This document shows, one piece after another, positions 9,504-17,682 of a stretch of DNA of 64,000 nucleotides. Both the position numbers and the translations under genes were made by a program. The notes below the pieces were generated by a model. That model did no database searches. It had not been told where the DNA came from and was given only the letters and a program-made list of their open reading frames with translations. The DNA is from a virus. The stretch is taken from IMG/VR virus record IMGVR_UViG_3300027751_000015, positions 1,813 to 65,812 of that record, one strand, 5' to 3'. Every line of letters begins with the position of its first letter. Positions within the stretch are counted from its first letter, which is position 1.

Positions 9504-9925
9504 TGACTCACTTTAAAGCTAAGGTCGATAAAGCTTTTATTATTCAGCGTGACGAAAAGGTCAATAAAGATAATCGACCAAACCCCTATTTTAGATGGGA
9601 TTCTGAATTTGTAGAATTCCATCAAGCAAAGGTTGATCAATTTCAGACTTTATATGATGGCTATGAATATGATACATATCATCAGATACTTGGAGCCATT
9701 GATTATAAAATGTACTCTAAGTCTGGTGTTCATGTATCTGAGTATATTCAAAAACAAATTAAAGCTGGTAAAATCGATCAGCTTGGAATTTGGATGTGGT
9801 CGAGGCCCTGGGGTGGTCCGCTCGAAGAAAATCAAGTAGTAGAATATACAGTCATCGATTATGTTGACGCAAAAGAAGCATTAAAACACATAGATGAAAA
9901 TAATAGATTTACATATCCTCTATAA
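9503..9925 (+). CDS. Hypothetical protein
   Basis: TAATG coupling at 9503. Confidence 0.6.
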   Translation: MTHFKAKVDKAFIIQRDEKVNKDNRPNPYFRWDSEFVEFHQAKVDQFQTLYDGYEYDTYHQILGAIDYKMYSKSGVHVSEYIQKQIKAGKIDQLGIWMWSRPWGGPLEENQVVEYTVIDYVDAKEALKHIDENNRFTYPL

Positions 9926-9936
9926 TATGGTAGAAT
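9908..9936 (+). promoter_or_regulatory. Promoter TTTACA-N17-TAGAAT for the DNA-modification cluster
   Basis: 17-nt spacer; T4-early-like -35; immediately upstream of ATG 9943. Confidence 0.6.
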
Positions 9937-9942
9937 ACAATT

Positions 9943-10251
9943 ATGAAATACGATAATGGCAAACCCCCGATTCACCTTGTACCAACTCTCGCTATTGAAT
10001 CTGCAGCGAGAGTACTAGAATTTGGTGCAAAGAAATACGGTGAAAACAACTGGCGTGATGACATAAACACGACTGAGTGGAGTAGATCTTATTCTTCTCT
10101 TCAGCGTCACTTAATGGCATATTGGAATAAAGAAGATACTGATCCTGAGTCTGGTCTTCTCCATCTCGATCACGCTTTAACGCAACTTATGATTCTTCGT
10201 GTAGCATACGAAGAAGGTAAAGATATGGATGATAGATATGAAAGCAAATAG
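9943..10251 (+). CDS. DUF5664-like dNTP diphosphohydrolase
   Basis: KYDNGKP...GAKKYGENNWR...RHL...DPESGLLHLDHA pattern. Confidence 0.8.
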   Translation: MKYDNGKPPIHLVPTLAIESAARVLEFGAKKYGENNWRDDINTTEWSRSYSSLQRHLMAYWNKEDTDPESGLLHLDHALTQLMILRVAYEEGKDMDDRYESK

Positions 10252-10942
10252 CGTAAACGACGTACGGCAATTCTTTATTAATGAACTTAAAGATGAAGCA
10301 TTCACTATAGATAAAACTGGCGCTAAAACTATTGAATTAATCGGTGCATCTTTTATTGCAACCGAAAAGTCTATATTTGGTGTACCCAACCAGGATTACA
10401 TTAACCAAGAACTGCTATGGTACCATAACATGTCGACTAATATCAATGACATTTTTGGTGAACATCGTGATCCTCCAGCAGCATGGAAGTATGCTTCCAA
10501 TTCACATGGTGAGATTAACTCTAACTATGGCAAACTTATCTTCAGTGATACTTACAATAAACAGTACGATAATGTATTAACAGAACTGCTAGAGAATCCT
10601 GATGGAAGACGTGCTACCATGGTTTATAATCGCCCTAGCATTTGGCTTGATTATAAAGATAACGGCAAAAATGATTTCATCTGTACCAACGCTGTCACTT
10701 ATTATATTCGTGATGGTCTGCTTCATGCTGTAGTCCAAATGCGTTCTAATGACGTAGTCTTTGGTTACAAAAATGATTACGCATGGCAAATGCATGTAGT
10801 ACAAAAACTATGCGACGATTATAACTTCCGACGTTTTGAACGCACTGCAAGCGGCAGTGGCGAGGCTATTGAACCAGCCTTGATGACGTGGCAAGTACAA
10901 AATTTGCACGTTTATGAACGGCATTTTGATATAGTAGTTTAA
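10238..10942 (+). CDS. 42: dCMP hydroxymethylase (T4 gp42-like)
   Basis: DKTG.KTIE.IGASF, GEINSNYG, NPD.RR, DF.CTN (catalytic Cys), MRSNDVVFGYKNDYAWQ (Asp at the specificity position, as in T4 gp42 rather than the Asn of ThyA) and LHVY.RHF. Confidence 0.92.
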   Translation: MKANSVNDVRQFFINELKDEAFTIDKTGAKTIELIGASFIATEKSIFGVPNQDYINQELLWYHNMSTNINDIFGEHRDPPAAWKYASNSHGEINSNYGKLIFSDTYNKQYDNVLTELLENPDGRRATMVYNRPSIWLDYKDNGKNDFICTNAVTYYIRDGLLHAVVQMRSNDVVFGYKNDYAWQMHVVQKLCDDYNFRRFERTASGSGEAIEPALMTWQVQNLHVYERHFDIVV

Positions 10943-10985
10943 AACTGCTATATCTACTACACAACAACAAAACAAGGAACTTAAT

Positions 10986-12377
10986 ATGGAACTTCATAAT
11001 GAAGACCTCGGCCCTGTAACCGAGGATAAAAAAACATGGGGTTGGTTTGAAATTTTCAATGTATGGTCTAACGATATTCAATCACTCTTTGGATATACTT
11101 TAGCAGCATCACTATTCTTATCATATGGCCTTTCTGGCTGGTCTGTCTTTTCTGCTATTTTGGTAGCAGGACTTTTTGTTATGGTGCTGGTAAACCTAAT
11201 GGGTAAACCTTCTGTACAGCATGGCATTCCATTTCCAGTTATGGCTCGAGCGAGTATGGGTGTAAAGGGCGCTAACTTTCCGGCTGTATTACGAGCTGTT
11301 GTAGCCATCTTCTGGTATGGCGCGCAAACTTATTTTGCATCAACAGCTTTGTCTCTCTTAATTAAATCTCTTTTAGGAATTGAGCCATCGAGTATGTGGC
11401 TTGGTATGACTGGCATTGATTGGGTATCGTTCTTAATTGTGTGGGGTTTTCAGATCTTCTTGTTTATGAAAGGCATTGATACTATCGCTAAGTTCTTAAA
11501 TTTTGCGGGAGTGTTTGTATATGCTGTTATGATTGTTCTTGCTCTTCTTATTTGGAATGCGGCCGGATCAGGACTCATGACAGAAGTAGGTACTATCTTT
11601 CAAGGCGTAGGTGATTATAGTGGAACAGCACTCAGTGCGTGGTTCGCAGTAGTTGGTACAATGATTGCATACTTTGCGGCTGTTGTAATTAACTACGGTG
11701 ATTTCTCTAGATTTGTAAAATCACAAAAGGAAATGAGAAAGGGCAATCTACTTGGCTTGCCATTAAACATTGCTTTCTTTTCGTTAATCGCTTTAGTAGT
11801 TACTGCTGGTACTATTGTAGTCTTCGGTGAACCAATGACAAATCCTACTGATATTGTGGCAGCTGTCGGATCTTTACCACTTACTATTGTAGCTGCTATC
11901 GCGTTCTTCTTTGCGACTGTTGGCATTAATATGGTGGCTAACTTTATTCCACCTGCTTATGATCTTGCCAATCTAGCACCAGCTAAGATCGACTTTAGAC
12001 TTGGTGGTTTGATTACATCGGCATTTGCTCTCGTAATTGGTGGTCTTTGGGTTTCAGTAGTAAGTCAAATGGGTATCTTCAATTTTGTAAATACCTTTGG
12101 CGCTGTACTCGCTCCGATCTATGGTATTATGATGGTCGATCACTATATGATCAAGAAAGAAGCACTAGATATTGATGAACTATTTAATGCATCTGAAGAT
12201 GGTGAATACTATTATGACAATGGTTGGAACAAGAAAGCACTCGCAGCTTGGGCATTGCCTGCAGCGTTCTCTCTTGGAACGGTATGGTTGCCAGTTCTTG
12301 GCTTCTTATCAGGATTCGGATGGGTAATTGGTGCCGCACTCGGTGGAATTATTTATTTTACAATCATGAAAAAATAG
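10986..12377 (+). CDS. NCS1-family nucleobase:cation symporter (uracil/cytosine/allantoin permease-like)
   Basis: 463 aa, about 12 TM. NEDLGP...TWG, G.PFPVMARASMG..GAN, FWYGAQT, DFSRF, NMVANF and PIYGIMMVDHY motifs. Confidence 0.92.
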   Translation: MELHNEDLGPVTEDKKTWGWFEIFNVWSNDIQSLFGYTLAASLFLSYGLSGWSVFSAILVAGLFVMVLVNLMGKPSVQHGIPFPVMARASMGVKGANFPAVLRAVVAIFWYGAQTYFASTALSLLIKSLLGIEPSSMWLGMTGIDWVSFLIVWGFQIFLFMKGIDTIAKFLNFAGVFVYAVMIVLALLIWNAAGSGLMTEVGTIFQGVGDYSGTALSAWFAVVGTMIAYFAAVVINYGDFSRFVKSQKEMRKGNLLGLPLNIAFFSLIALVVTAGTIVVFGEPMTNPTDIVAAVGSLPLTIVAAIAFFFATVGINMVANFIPPAYDLANLAPAKIDFRLGGLITSAFALVIGGLWVSVVSQMGIFNFVNTFGAVLAPIYGIMMVDHYMIKKEALDIDELFNASEDGEYYYDNGWNKKALAAWALPAAFSLGTVWLPVLGFLSGFGWVIGAALGGIIYFTIMKK

Positions 12378-12385
12378 TGTATAAT
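12357..12385 (+). promoter_or_regulatory. Promoter TTTACA-N17-TATAAT upstream of dCMP deaminase
   Basis: 17-nt spacer, overlapping the end of the NCS1 gene. Confidence 0.65.
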
Positions 12386-12388
12386 AAA

Positions 12389-12412
12389 CGAGTAGGGCGA
12401 AAGTCCTACTCG
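12389..12412. other. 10-bp GNRA-capped hairpin
   Basis: CGAGTAGGGC-GAAA-GTCCTACTCG; lies at the predicted transcript 5' end, no + strand U-tract. Confidence 0.55.
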
Positions 12413-12433
12413 ACACAAAAAAAGGTTTATATT

Positions 12434-12874
12434 ATGGTTAATAAATGGGATAAGCGATATCTTGATCTAGCATCTGGAGTCGCTAATTGGTCGAAAGATC
12501 CTTCATCTAAAATCGGTGCGATTGCTGTAGGATCAAAAGGACAAGTGCTTGCTCAAGGCTACAACGGATTTCCAAGAGGAATTAGTGATAGTTTTGATCG
12601 ATATGCAAACAAAGATGTTAAGTATAAGTTTGTAGTTCATGCTGAAATGAACTGCATATACAATGCTACATATAATGGTGTATCACTTGACGGTGCAACT
12701 CTCTATGTTCATGGATTACCTGTCTGCTCTGATTGCGCAAAGGGTATTATTCAGGTTGGAATTAAGAGAGTTGTTATGCCGCTAGCAGAATACCCACAAC
12801 GATGGATCGAGTCGTTTGCATATTCATCGGAACTCTTTAGTGAAGCTGGTGTTGATTATGAGTTTATAGAATGA
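12434..12874 (+). CDS. cd: dCMP deaminase
   Basis: WSKDPS.KIGA, GYNGFPRG, HAEMN and PVCSDCAK zinc motifs; AAAGG SD before ATG 12434. Confidence 0.93.
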   Translation: MVNKWDKRYLDLASGVANWSKDPSSKIGAIAVGSKGQVLAQGYNGFPRGISDSFDRYANKDVKYKFVVHAEMNCIYNATYNGVSLDGATLYVHGLPVCSDCAKGIIQVGIKRVVMPLAEYPQRWIESFAYSSELFSEAGVDYEFIE

Positions 12875-13806
12875 TAGTCGGAACCTTTAGTAAAATACCT
12901 AAGAAGACATCAAGCCACAGTTATGGCTATGCCAGAACTTGGTCAGAAAATCTTAATGTACCCATTGACCATACGAATGGAAAGCACAAAGATGTTTATC
13001 TTTTGCCTGGTGCTAATTTTGGTGGTACTATTAATCTTATGGGTGGGTTTAACGAAGTTATTAAGGTTTGGATCGATAACTTGCTCGCTTCAGAAACAAT
13101 AACAGTACTGGACGGCTCTCCAGTTGACTACGGTGCGCAGTTAAAGAAGCGAAAAGACGTAACTGACAAAGATTGGTGCGATGCAATAACTGAGAAGCTT
13201 TCTGAAGCTAAGCCTCTTGTAGGCAGTGATTTACCACACGAATGGTTAGCAATCGGTGACAGTCACGTGTGCGCATATGCACCGAAGAATAGTAGTGTAG
13301 TCAAGCAAGATGGTACTACATTGTTTGGCCAAATCAATGAAGATTTTGCATACATCAGGTCTCATATCAAACCGCATCATAAAGGTGTTACCATATCTCT
13401 TGGCAATATTGATGTACGTCACCATTTATGCAGAGTAGAAACTAGCATCTATAAAATGGTCGAAGCATATAGCGATTTCGGAAAGAGTCTTGGCATTGAA
13501 GTAGAATACGCGGTGCCGTGGCCAATTGAATTCGAAGGCCGTAAACTTCCTCAGACCGGGTATTACAAGAAGCAACCATTTTGGGGCTCAAGAGATGAAA
13601 GAATGAAAGCAGCTTGGGATATGGAAGGCTGTATGAAAATATATGAAATGAAATTAGTAAAACCACCTCAAGCTTGGTATGATATGAATGAAGAAAAATA
13701 TGCTATAGATAAAATGGAAAGACCCCAATCAGTACATCTTAATCCCATGTTTTATCGCCGTATGAATTGGGGTGAGAGCGAAAACACACTAGAAAGTTTT
13801 ATGTAA
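12871..13806 (+). CDS. Hypothetical protein with SGNH/GDSL-hydrolase-like C-terminal region
   Basis: AIGDSH and SLGNIDVRHH blocks; late HLNP. Confidence 0.55.
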   Translation: MIVGTFSKIPKKTSSHSYGYARTWSENLNVPIDHTNGKHKDVYLLPGANFGGTINLMGGFNEVIKVWIDNLLASETITVLDGSPVDYGAQLKKRKDVTDKDWCDAITEKLSEAKPLVGSDLPHEWLAIGDSHVCAYAPKNSSVVKQDGTTLFGQINEDFAYIRSHIKPHHKGVTISLGNIDVRHHLCRVETSIYKMVEAYSDFGKSLGIEVEYAVPWPIEFEGRKLPQTGYYKKQPFWGSRDERMKAAWDMEGCMKIYEMKLVKPPQAWYDMNEEKYAIDKMERPQSVHLNPMFYRRMNWGESENTLESFM

Positions 13807-14876
13807 TGGAATTAGAAAGACGACCAAATTACGATTGTTATGTGGATTATTTCTGGCCTCGTTCAAAATGGCTTGAAGAGAATTGCCTAATCGGCGATGC
13901 TGATTATCTTGGACCTGAAGCTGACGAACACGTGAACGACGAGTTAATGCAAAATATCCCTGCTTACAACTGTGTGTCTAGAACGTATGAAGGATTCAAT
14001 AACGTAAACCAAGATTTAAATCACGGCACTAATCAAGTAGTATTTAAGAAAAGGCCGAAAGAGGTACAAGAACGAGTTCAGAAATATGTGACAAATAAAT
14101 GGACTCTTCGAGAATATGTGTTTGCTTATTATACGCATCGTAGTACTGGATCAGGATTTTATGCTGGCAAACCATGGCACGGATATCATCATAGCATAGT
14201 TAGTCATTTCGGAATGTATGAAACTGCAGATGAGATGGCGAATCTTATGAAGCAGTGGAAAAAAGCTGGTAAAAAGATGTTTTCTACTATTGGTAACCAG
14301 AACCCTACTCCGAAGAAAGGTATGAATCTTCCTGAACATATAACGAGTTTTGGTTTAGAACTAATGGGCGAACTGACAGAACATCTTAAAGAAAACTATA
14401 ATGCAGGTAATCCACCGCTTGAACAAAAGAGTTTAACTGATAGACTTAACCAGAAAAATATAGACAACGGGATTCGTCGTTGGAACTTTCCATATGCACA
14501 AGCCATTGCAGACATTGCTACGTATCATCCACAATATGTAGATCCTAATAGTAGTTTATATTGTGGTAATAATGCTAGACAAGCAATCGAACAAATGTTT
14601 CGAAAGCCAAAAGGGATGAGTCAAGTAGAATATCACGATCGAGCACTAGCAGATCTTACAGAAAACCTTGGTACAAATGCTGTGGCACACGAAGATACCT
14701 TATGCATCTATATCAGGTTTTTAAATAATCTCGATCGTTCTGGCCGAGGTCTTAAAAATGCTTCAGGTTATTATATGATGGATAAAAATGATAAGCCTAT
14801 GTATCCTGATATTTGGCGCCCTGAAGCGCTTGAAGCAAAACAACAAAAAGCAACTTTAGCGGAGTTTCTAGTATGA
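13806..14876 (+). CDS. Putative DNA base-hypermodification transferase (aGPT-PPlase/amino acid:DNA transferase-like, HhH-glycosylase fold)
   Basis: Blocks DELMQ...YNCVSR.YEG, FPYAQAIADI, YCGNNARQAI and EDTLCIYIRF parallel the D..LQ..FCNV.RE, GPGA..GL and E..LCE..KY blocks of that family as I recall them. Genomic context fits. Confidence 0.5.
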   Translation: MELERRPNYDCYVDYFWPRSKWLEENCLIGDADYLGPEADEHVNDELMQNIPAYNCVSRTYEGFNNVNQDLNHGTNQVVFKKRPKEVQERVQKYVTNKWTLREYVFAYYTHRSTGSGFYAGKPWHGYHHSIVSHFGMYETADEMANLMKQWKKAGKKMFSTIGNQNPTPKKGMNLPEHITSFGLELMGELTEHLKENYNAGNPPLEQKSLTDRLNQKNIDNGIRRWNFPYAQAIADIATYHPQYVDPNSSLYCGNNARQAIEQMFRKPKGMSQVEYHDRALADLTENLGTNAVAHEDTLCIYIRFLNNLDRSGRGLKNASGYYMMDKNDKPMYPDIWRPEALEAKQQKATLAEFLV

Positions 14877-15010
14877 CAGAAAAATCATTTGCTCAGATAG
14901 TGGCAGAATATAGACTGCATAGAAGATACATTCTACAAGCATTAAAGCAGTTTAAATAAATTTATTTTACAAGTTGTTGTTTTTAAACGATTTCGATCGG
15001 CGCTTTTTTG

Positions 15011-15039
15011 TGTACATTGCTTTTAATATGCTGTAGGAT
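15011..15039 (+). promoter_or_regulatory. Early promoter TGTACA-N17-TAGGAT
   Basis: Same cassette as 8807 and 52888 (CGGCGC-T-run-GTGTACATT). Confidence 0.75.
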
Positions 15040-15064
15040 GGTATTATCAAATGGAGATAATAAC

Positions 15065-15466
15065 ATGATTTTTACAGTTTGGCAAATTCAATACTCTAAA
15101 GCAGATATCGCAGCCATCAATGCTGGCGAAACTAACGCTAAGCGTGAAGCTAAAACAGAGATGAACTTTGATTTTAGCGGAAATAACATTTCTGGTATCG
15201 CTGATCAAGCTCTTACAGATGGTCTTTATACTCATGTTTCTGACATTCGTGCTGAAACTCCTGAGCATTGCTTTGAAATCGGTAACATTGGCCCTGAGTC
15301 AGCGATTACGCGTTTCTCACGTATGTCTTCACTTTCAGTCGGTGATATCATCGTTGATGTAGAAGGTAATGTAATGGTTGTAGCTAACTATGGTTTTGTT
15401 GCAATCGGATTTAAGCCTGAAATGTCAGCCGCTAATTTAGTTTATAATATGGAGGAAGTAGCGTAA
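15065..15466 (+). CDS. Hypothetical early protein
   Basis: GGAG SD before ATG 15065; contains SLSVGDII motif. Confidence 0.7.
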   Translation: MIFTVWQIQYSKADIAAINAGETNAKREAKTEMNFDFSGNNISGIADQALTDGLYTHVSDIRAETPEHCFEIGNIGPESAITRFSRMSSLSVGDIIVDVEGNVMVVANYGFVAIGFKPEMSAANLVYNMEEVA

Positions 15467-15696
15467 TGATTATTGTAAATGATATTCAAGATGCATTGAT
15501 GATGAGAAAGAAATTGATGAGCATTGTTCGTCGTTCTCATAATTTTGGCCATAGTCGTGCCACTGTTTTAATTGAACTGCTTGATATTGTTGACGATCTT
15601 CAGCAAAACATTGAAAGGATGGAAGCTGAGATGGAACTTCAACATGATCTCTGGAGGACTGAACTTACAATGGAGGAACCTTCTAATGCAGCGTAA
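15466..15696 (+). CDS. Hypothetical protein
   Basis: GGAGG SD; coupled start. Confidence 0.6.
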   Translation: MIIVNDIQDALMMRKKLMSIVRRSHNFGHSRATVLIELLDIVDDLQQNIERMEAEMELQHDLWRTELTMEEPSNAA

Positions 15697-15901
15697 AGGT
15701 AAATCACATAAAGCGGCCATGGGAAACGATGGCCGTGTTGCTCTGCGTGAAGTTATTGATTTCATGAGTGAATGCGCCGGAGTTTTAGAACTTGAAGGCG
15801 AGGAAAAATCTGCGTTTTATTTCGAGCAGATTGCAGAGTTTTTAACTGAAAATCCCTATAAGGGTTTAAAAGAACACGCAGGTCGTGTTCTAGGACTGTA
15901 A
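15686..15901 (+). CDS. Hypothetical protein
   Basis: GGAGG SD before ATG 15686. Confidence 0.6.
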   Translation: MQRKGKSHKAAMGNDGRVALREVIDFMSECAGVLELEGEEKSAFYFEQIAEFLTENPYKGLKEHAGRVLGL

Positions 15902-15905
15902 GGTT

Positions 15906-15913
15906 TATAAATA
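15906..15913 (+). promoter_or_regulatory. T4-type late promoter TATAAATA
   Basis: Exact consensus just upstream of the cell wall hydrolase. Confidence 0.8.
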
Positions 15914-15917
15914 TCCT

Positions 15918-16403
15918 ATGTCAAGAACTTTAAACATAACAAGCGGATTATTAACTATGTCAGTACTAACTGGGGCACTTGTCATAACTCTTTCTATGGG
16001 TGGTCAACCCGATATAGATCCTAAAAGCCAAAATTGTTTGGCGATGAATATATATCACGAGGCTCGCGGCGAGGTCATTGAAGGCCAAATCGCTGTTGCC
16101 CATGTTACCATGAATAGAGTAGAGCATAAGGAATGGCCTAATAGTATATGCGATGTAGTCTACCAACCAAAGCAGTTTAGTTGGACGTTTATGATTAAAG
16201 ATCAGACGCCCAAAGAAAACAAATCGTGGAAGCAAGCTCGGGCTATTGCCAGAGATGTGATGATAGGAAACGTAGATGATCCTACAAAGGGAGCTACATT
16301 TTATCACGCTACGTATGTGAATCCGGTGTGGGCAGATCAAATGGAAGTAAGTAAAATAATTGATAAACACGTGTTTTATGTGTGGGACGGCACTTGGGAT
16401 TAG
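15918..16403 (+). CDS. SleB-like cell wall hydrolase with N-terminal hydrophobic anchor
   Basis: CLAMNIYHEARGE, GQIAVAHVTMNRV, ICDVVYQ..QFSW and GATFYHA. Confidence 0.9.
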   Translation: MSRTLNITSGLLTMSVLTGALVITLSMGGQPDIDPKSQNCLAMNIYHEARGEVIEGQIAVAHVTMNRVEHKEWPNSICDVVYQPKQFSWTFMIKDQTPKENKSWKQARAIARDVMIGNVDDPTKGATFYHATYVNPVWADQMEVSKIIDKHVFYVWDGTWD

Positions 16404-16567
16404 TAAAAGCATCTAGTCCTTGTACTCAGATATGTAAAATTGATGCATTTACTGGTACGTGCATAGGGTGTAAACGCACTTCTCAGGAGATCACTGAGTG
16501 GTCTTCTTATAGTGAAGAACAAAGAATAAATATAATGGAGAAGCTTGAATTATGGCAAAAGAAATAA
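16382..16567 (+). CDS. DUF1289-like small Cys-rich protein
   Basis: SPCTQICKID..TGTCIGCKRT..EI..W. Start uncertain. Confidence 0.75.
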   Translation: MGRHLGLVKASSPCTQICKIDAFTGTCIGCKRTSQEITEWSSYSEEQRINIMEKLELWQKK

Positions 16568-16848
16568 GTAATGTAGAATATAAATTTAACGAAGGCGCAT
16601 TGATTAATGAGTTTCAAGCGTATATCGATGCTACATATGATGGGCATTACGCCACAAATAAATTTCAATCAACAGAAGTAATCATTGAACGTGGTCATGG
16701 CACAGGTTTTTGCATGGGAAATGTCGACAAGTATTCAAATCGTTATGGGAAAAAAGGTAGTCGTGATGACGCCCGTAAAGATTTAATGAAAGTTCTCCAC
16801 TATGCCCTCATCCAACTCTATATCCACGATAGTGAAAAGGAAGAATAA
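16552..16848 (+). CDS. DUF3310-like phage protein
   Basis: HY...GFCMGNV.KY..RYGKKG...DL.K..HY pattern. Confidence 0.7.
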   Translation: MAKEISNVEYKFNEGALINEFQAYIDATYDGHYATNKFQSTEVIIERGHGTGFCMGNVDKYSNRYGKKGSRDDARKDLMKVLHYALIQLYIHDSEKEE

Positions 16849-16917
16849 GTATTACGCTTATACCGAGAACGGAAGTGTAATAATTATATCACAGGACAGA
16901 TACATTGTTGAAAGCTA

Positions 16918-16946
16918 TGTACAAAGTATTGGCTATAAAGTAATAT
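16918..16946 (+). promoter_or_regulatory. Promoter TGTACA-N17-TAATAT upstream of tmRNA
   Basis: 17-nt spacer; predicted start just before the acceptor piece. Confidence 0.55.
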
Positions 16947-16957
16947 ATAAGATGTAA

Positions 16958-17168
16958 GCGTTAATAACGGATGTATGGACCTCGGGGCAGTACCGAGCAG
17001 CTCCACCACAAGTACATAAGGTGTATTTCTGATGGGGCTGAACTAGGATCGACATGTATTCAAGTTTACAAACACAAATGCAAACGACAATTTTGCACCA
17101 TCTGGATTTGCCTTAGCGGCATGATCACAGGGGGTTGGCCACTTACCTAGCAACAGAAAAGTGGCAAC
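16958..17168 (+). ncRNA. ssrA: Circularly permuted two-piece tmRNA (alphaproteobacterial type)
   Basis: T-arm CTCGG-GGCAGTA-CCGAG (16981-16997), then CAGCTCC-A-CCA (16998-17008) and a 25-nt intervening segment. GGGGCTG (17034-17040) pairs with it, giving G3:U70, followed by AACTAGGATCGAC. Tag ORF 17080-17124 encodes ANDNFAPSGFALAA*. Outer ends are approximate. Confidence 0.93.
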
Positions 17169-17204
17169 TTTTATAATGTTTAATTTAATCTAGGAAAAAA
17201 GAAA

Positions 17205-17597
17205 ATGAAAATCGCAGCAATCGCAGCAGCCGCTTTAGTAACGGCAACATCAGTCTCAGCCAATGAGATCGGTGGAACAGGCATCACTTGGGGTGTAACA
17301 TCAGAAGCAGCATACACAATTAACGATGCTGCAGGTAACGCAGTAGATGATTTCGGTGTAAAGGTAACTCCTGAAATCGGTTATTCAATGTTCGGTATTG
17401 GCTTGTCAGCTGATATGGACTTGCCAGTTTATAACAATGAAGAGTTTCAATTGAGCAACGCGTTTGACGACCCAAAAGTCAATCTTGGTGCCACATATGA
17501 AGTGTTTGGCGGCTTTGAGTTGTTCGGTGAAACAACTTGGGATTTTGACGCATCAGACAATGTAGCTACTAAAGTAGGTGCTACTTTCGCCTTCTGA
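17205..17597 (+). CDS. Small outer-membrane beta-barrel-like protein
   Basis: Signal peptide (MKIAAIAAAALVTATSVSA), alternating beta-strand pattern, C-terminal ...VGATFAF aromatic BAM-type end. Confidence 0.7.
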   Translation: MKIAAIAAAALVTATSVSANEIGGTGITWGVTSEAAYTINDAAGNAVDDFGVKVTPEIGYSMFGIGLSADMDLPVYNNEEFQLSNAFDDPKVNLGATYEVFGGFELFGETTWDFDASDNVATKVGATFAF

Positions 17598-17605
17598 TAT
17601 AAATA
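17598..17605 (+). promoter_or_regulatory. T4-type late promoter TATAAATA
   Basis: Exact consensus immediately after the OMP stop. Confidence 0.7.
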
Positions 17606-17634
17606 CCATAGGGTCACTTACTTAATAAGTGCGC

Positions 17635-17664
17635 GGGGGGCCATGGTGAGCCCCCCTTTTTTTT
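17635..17664 (+). terminator. Rho-independent terminator
   Basis: GGGGGG-N10-CCCCCC followed by T8. Confidence 0.75.
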
Positions 17665-17682
17665 ATGAGAAAGGACTATACT

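Noticed and set aside
10238-10942. Second thymidylate synthase (thyA) or dUMP hydroxymethylase
   Set aside because: The specificity position is Asp (KND), and the sequence tracks T4 gp42 throughout; thyX already provides dTMP.
16832-16957. Possible 41-aa GTG-start ORF just upstream of tmRNA
   Set aside because: The frame is open, but SD support is weak and it overlaps the predicted tmRNA promoter; it is not supported enough to list.
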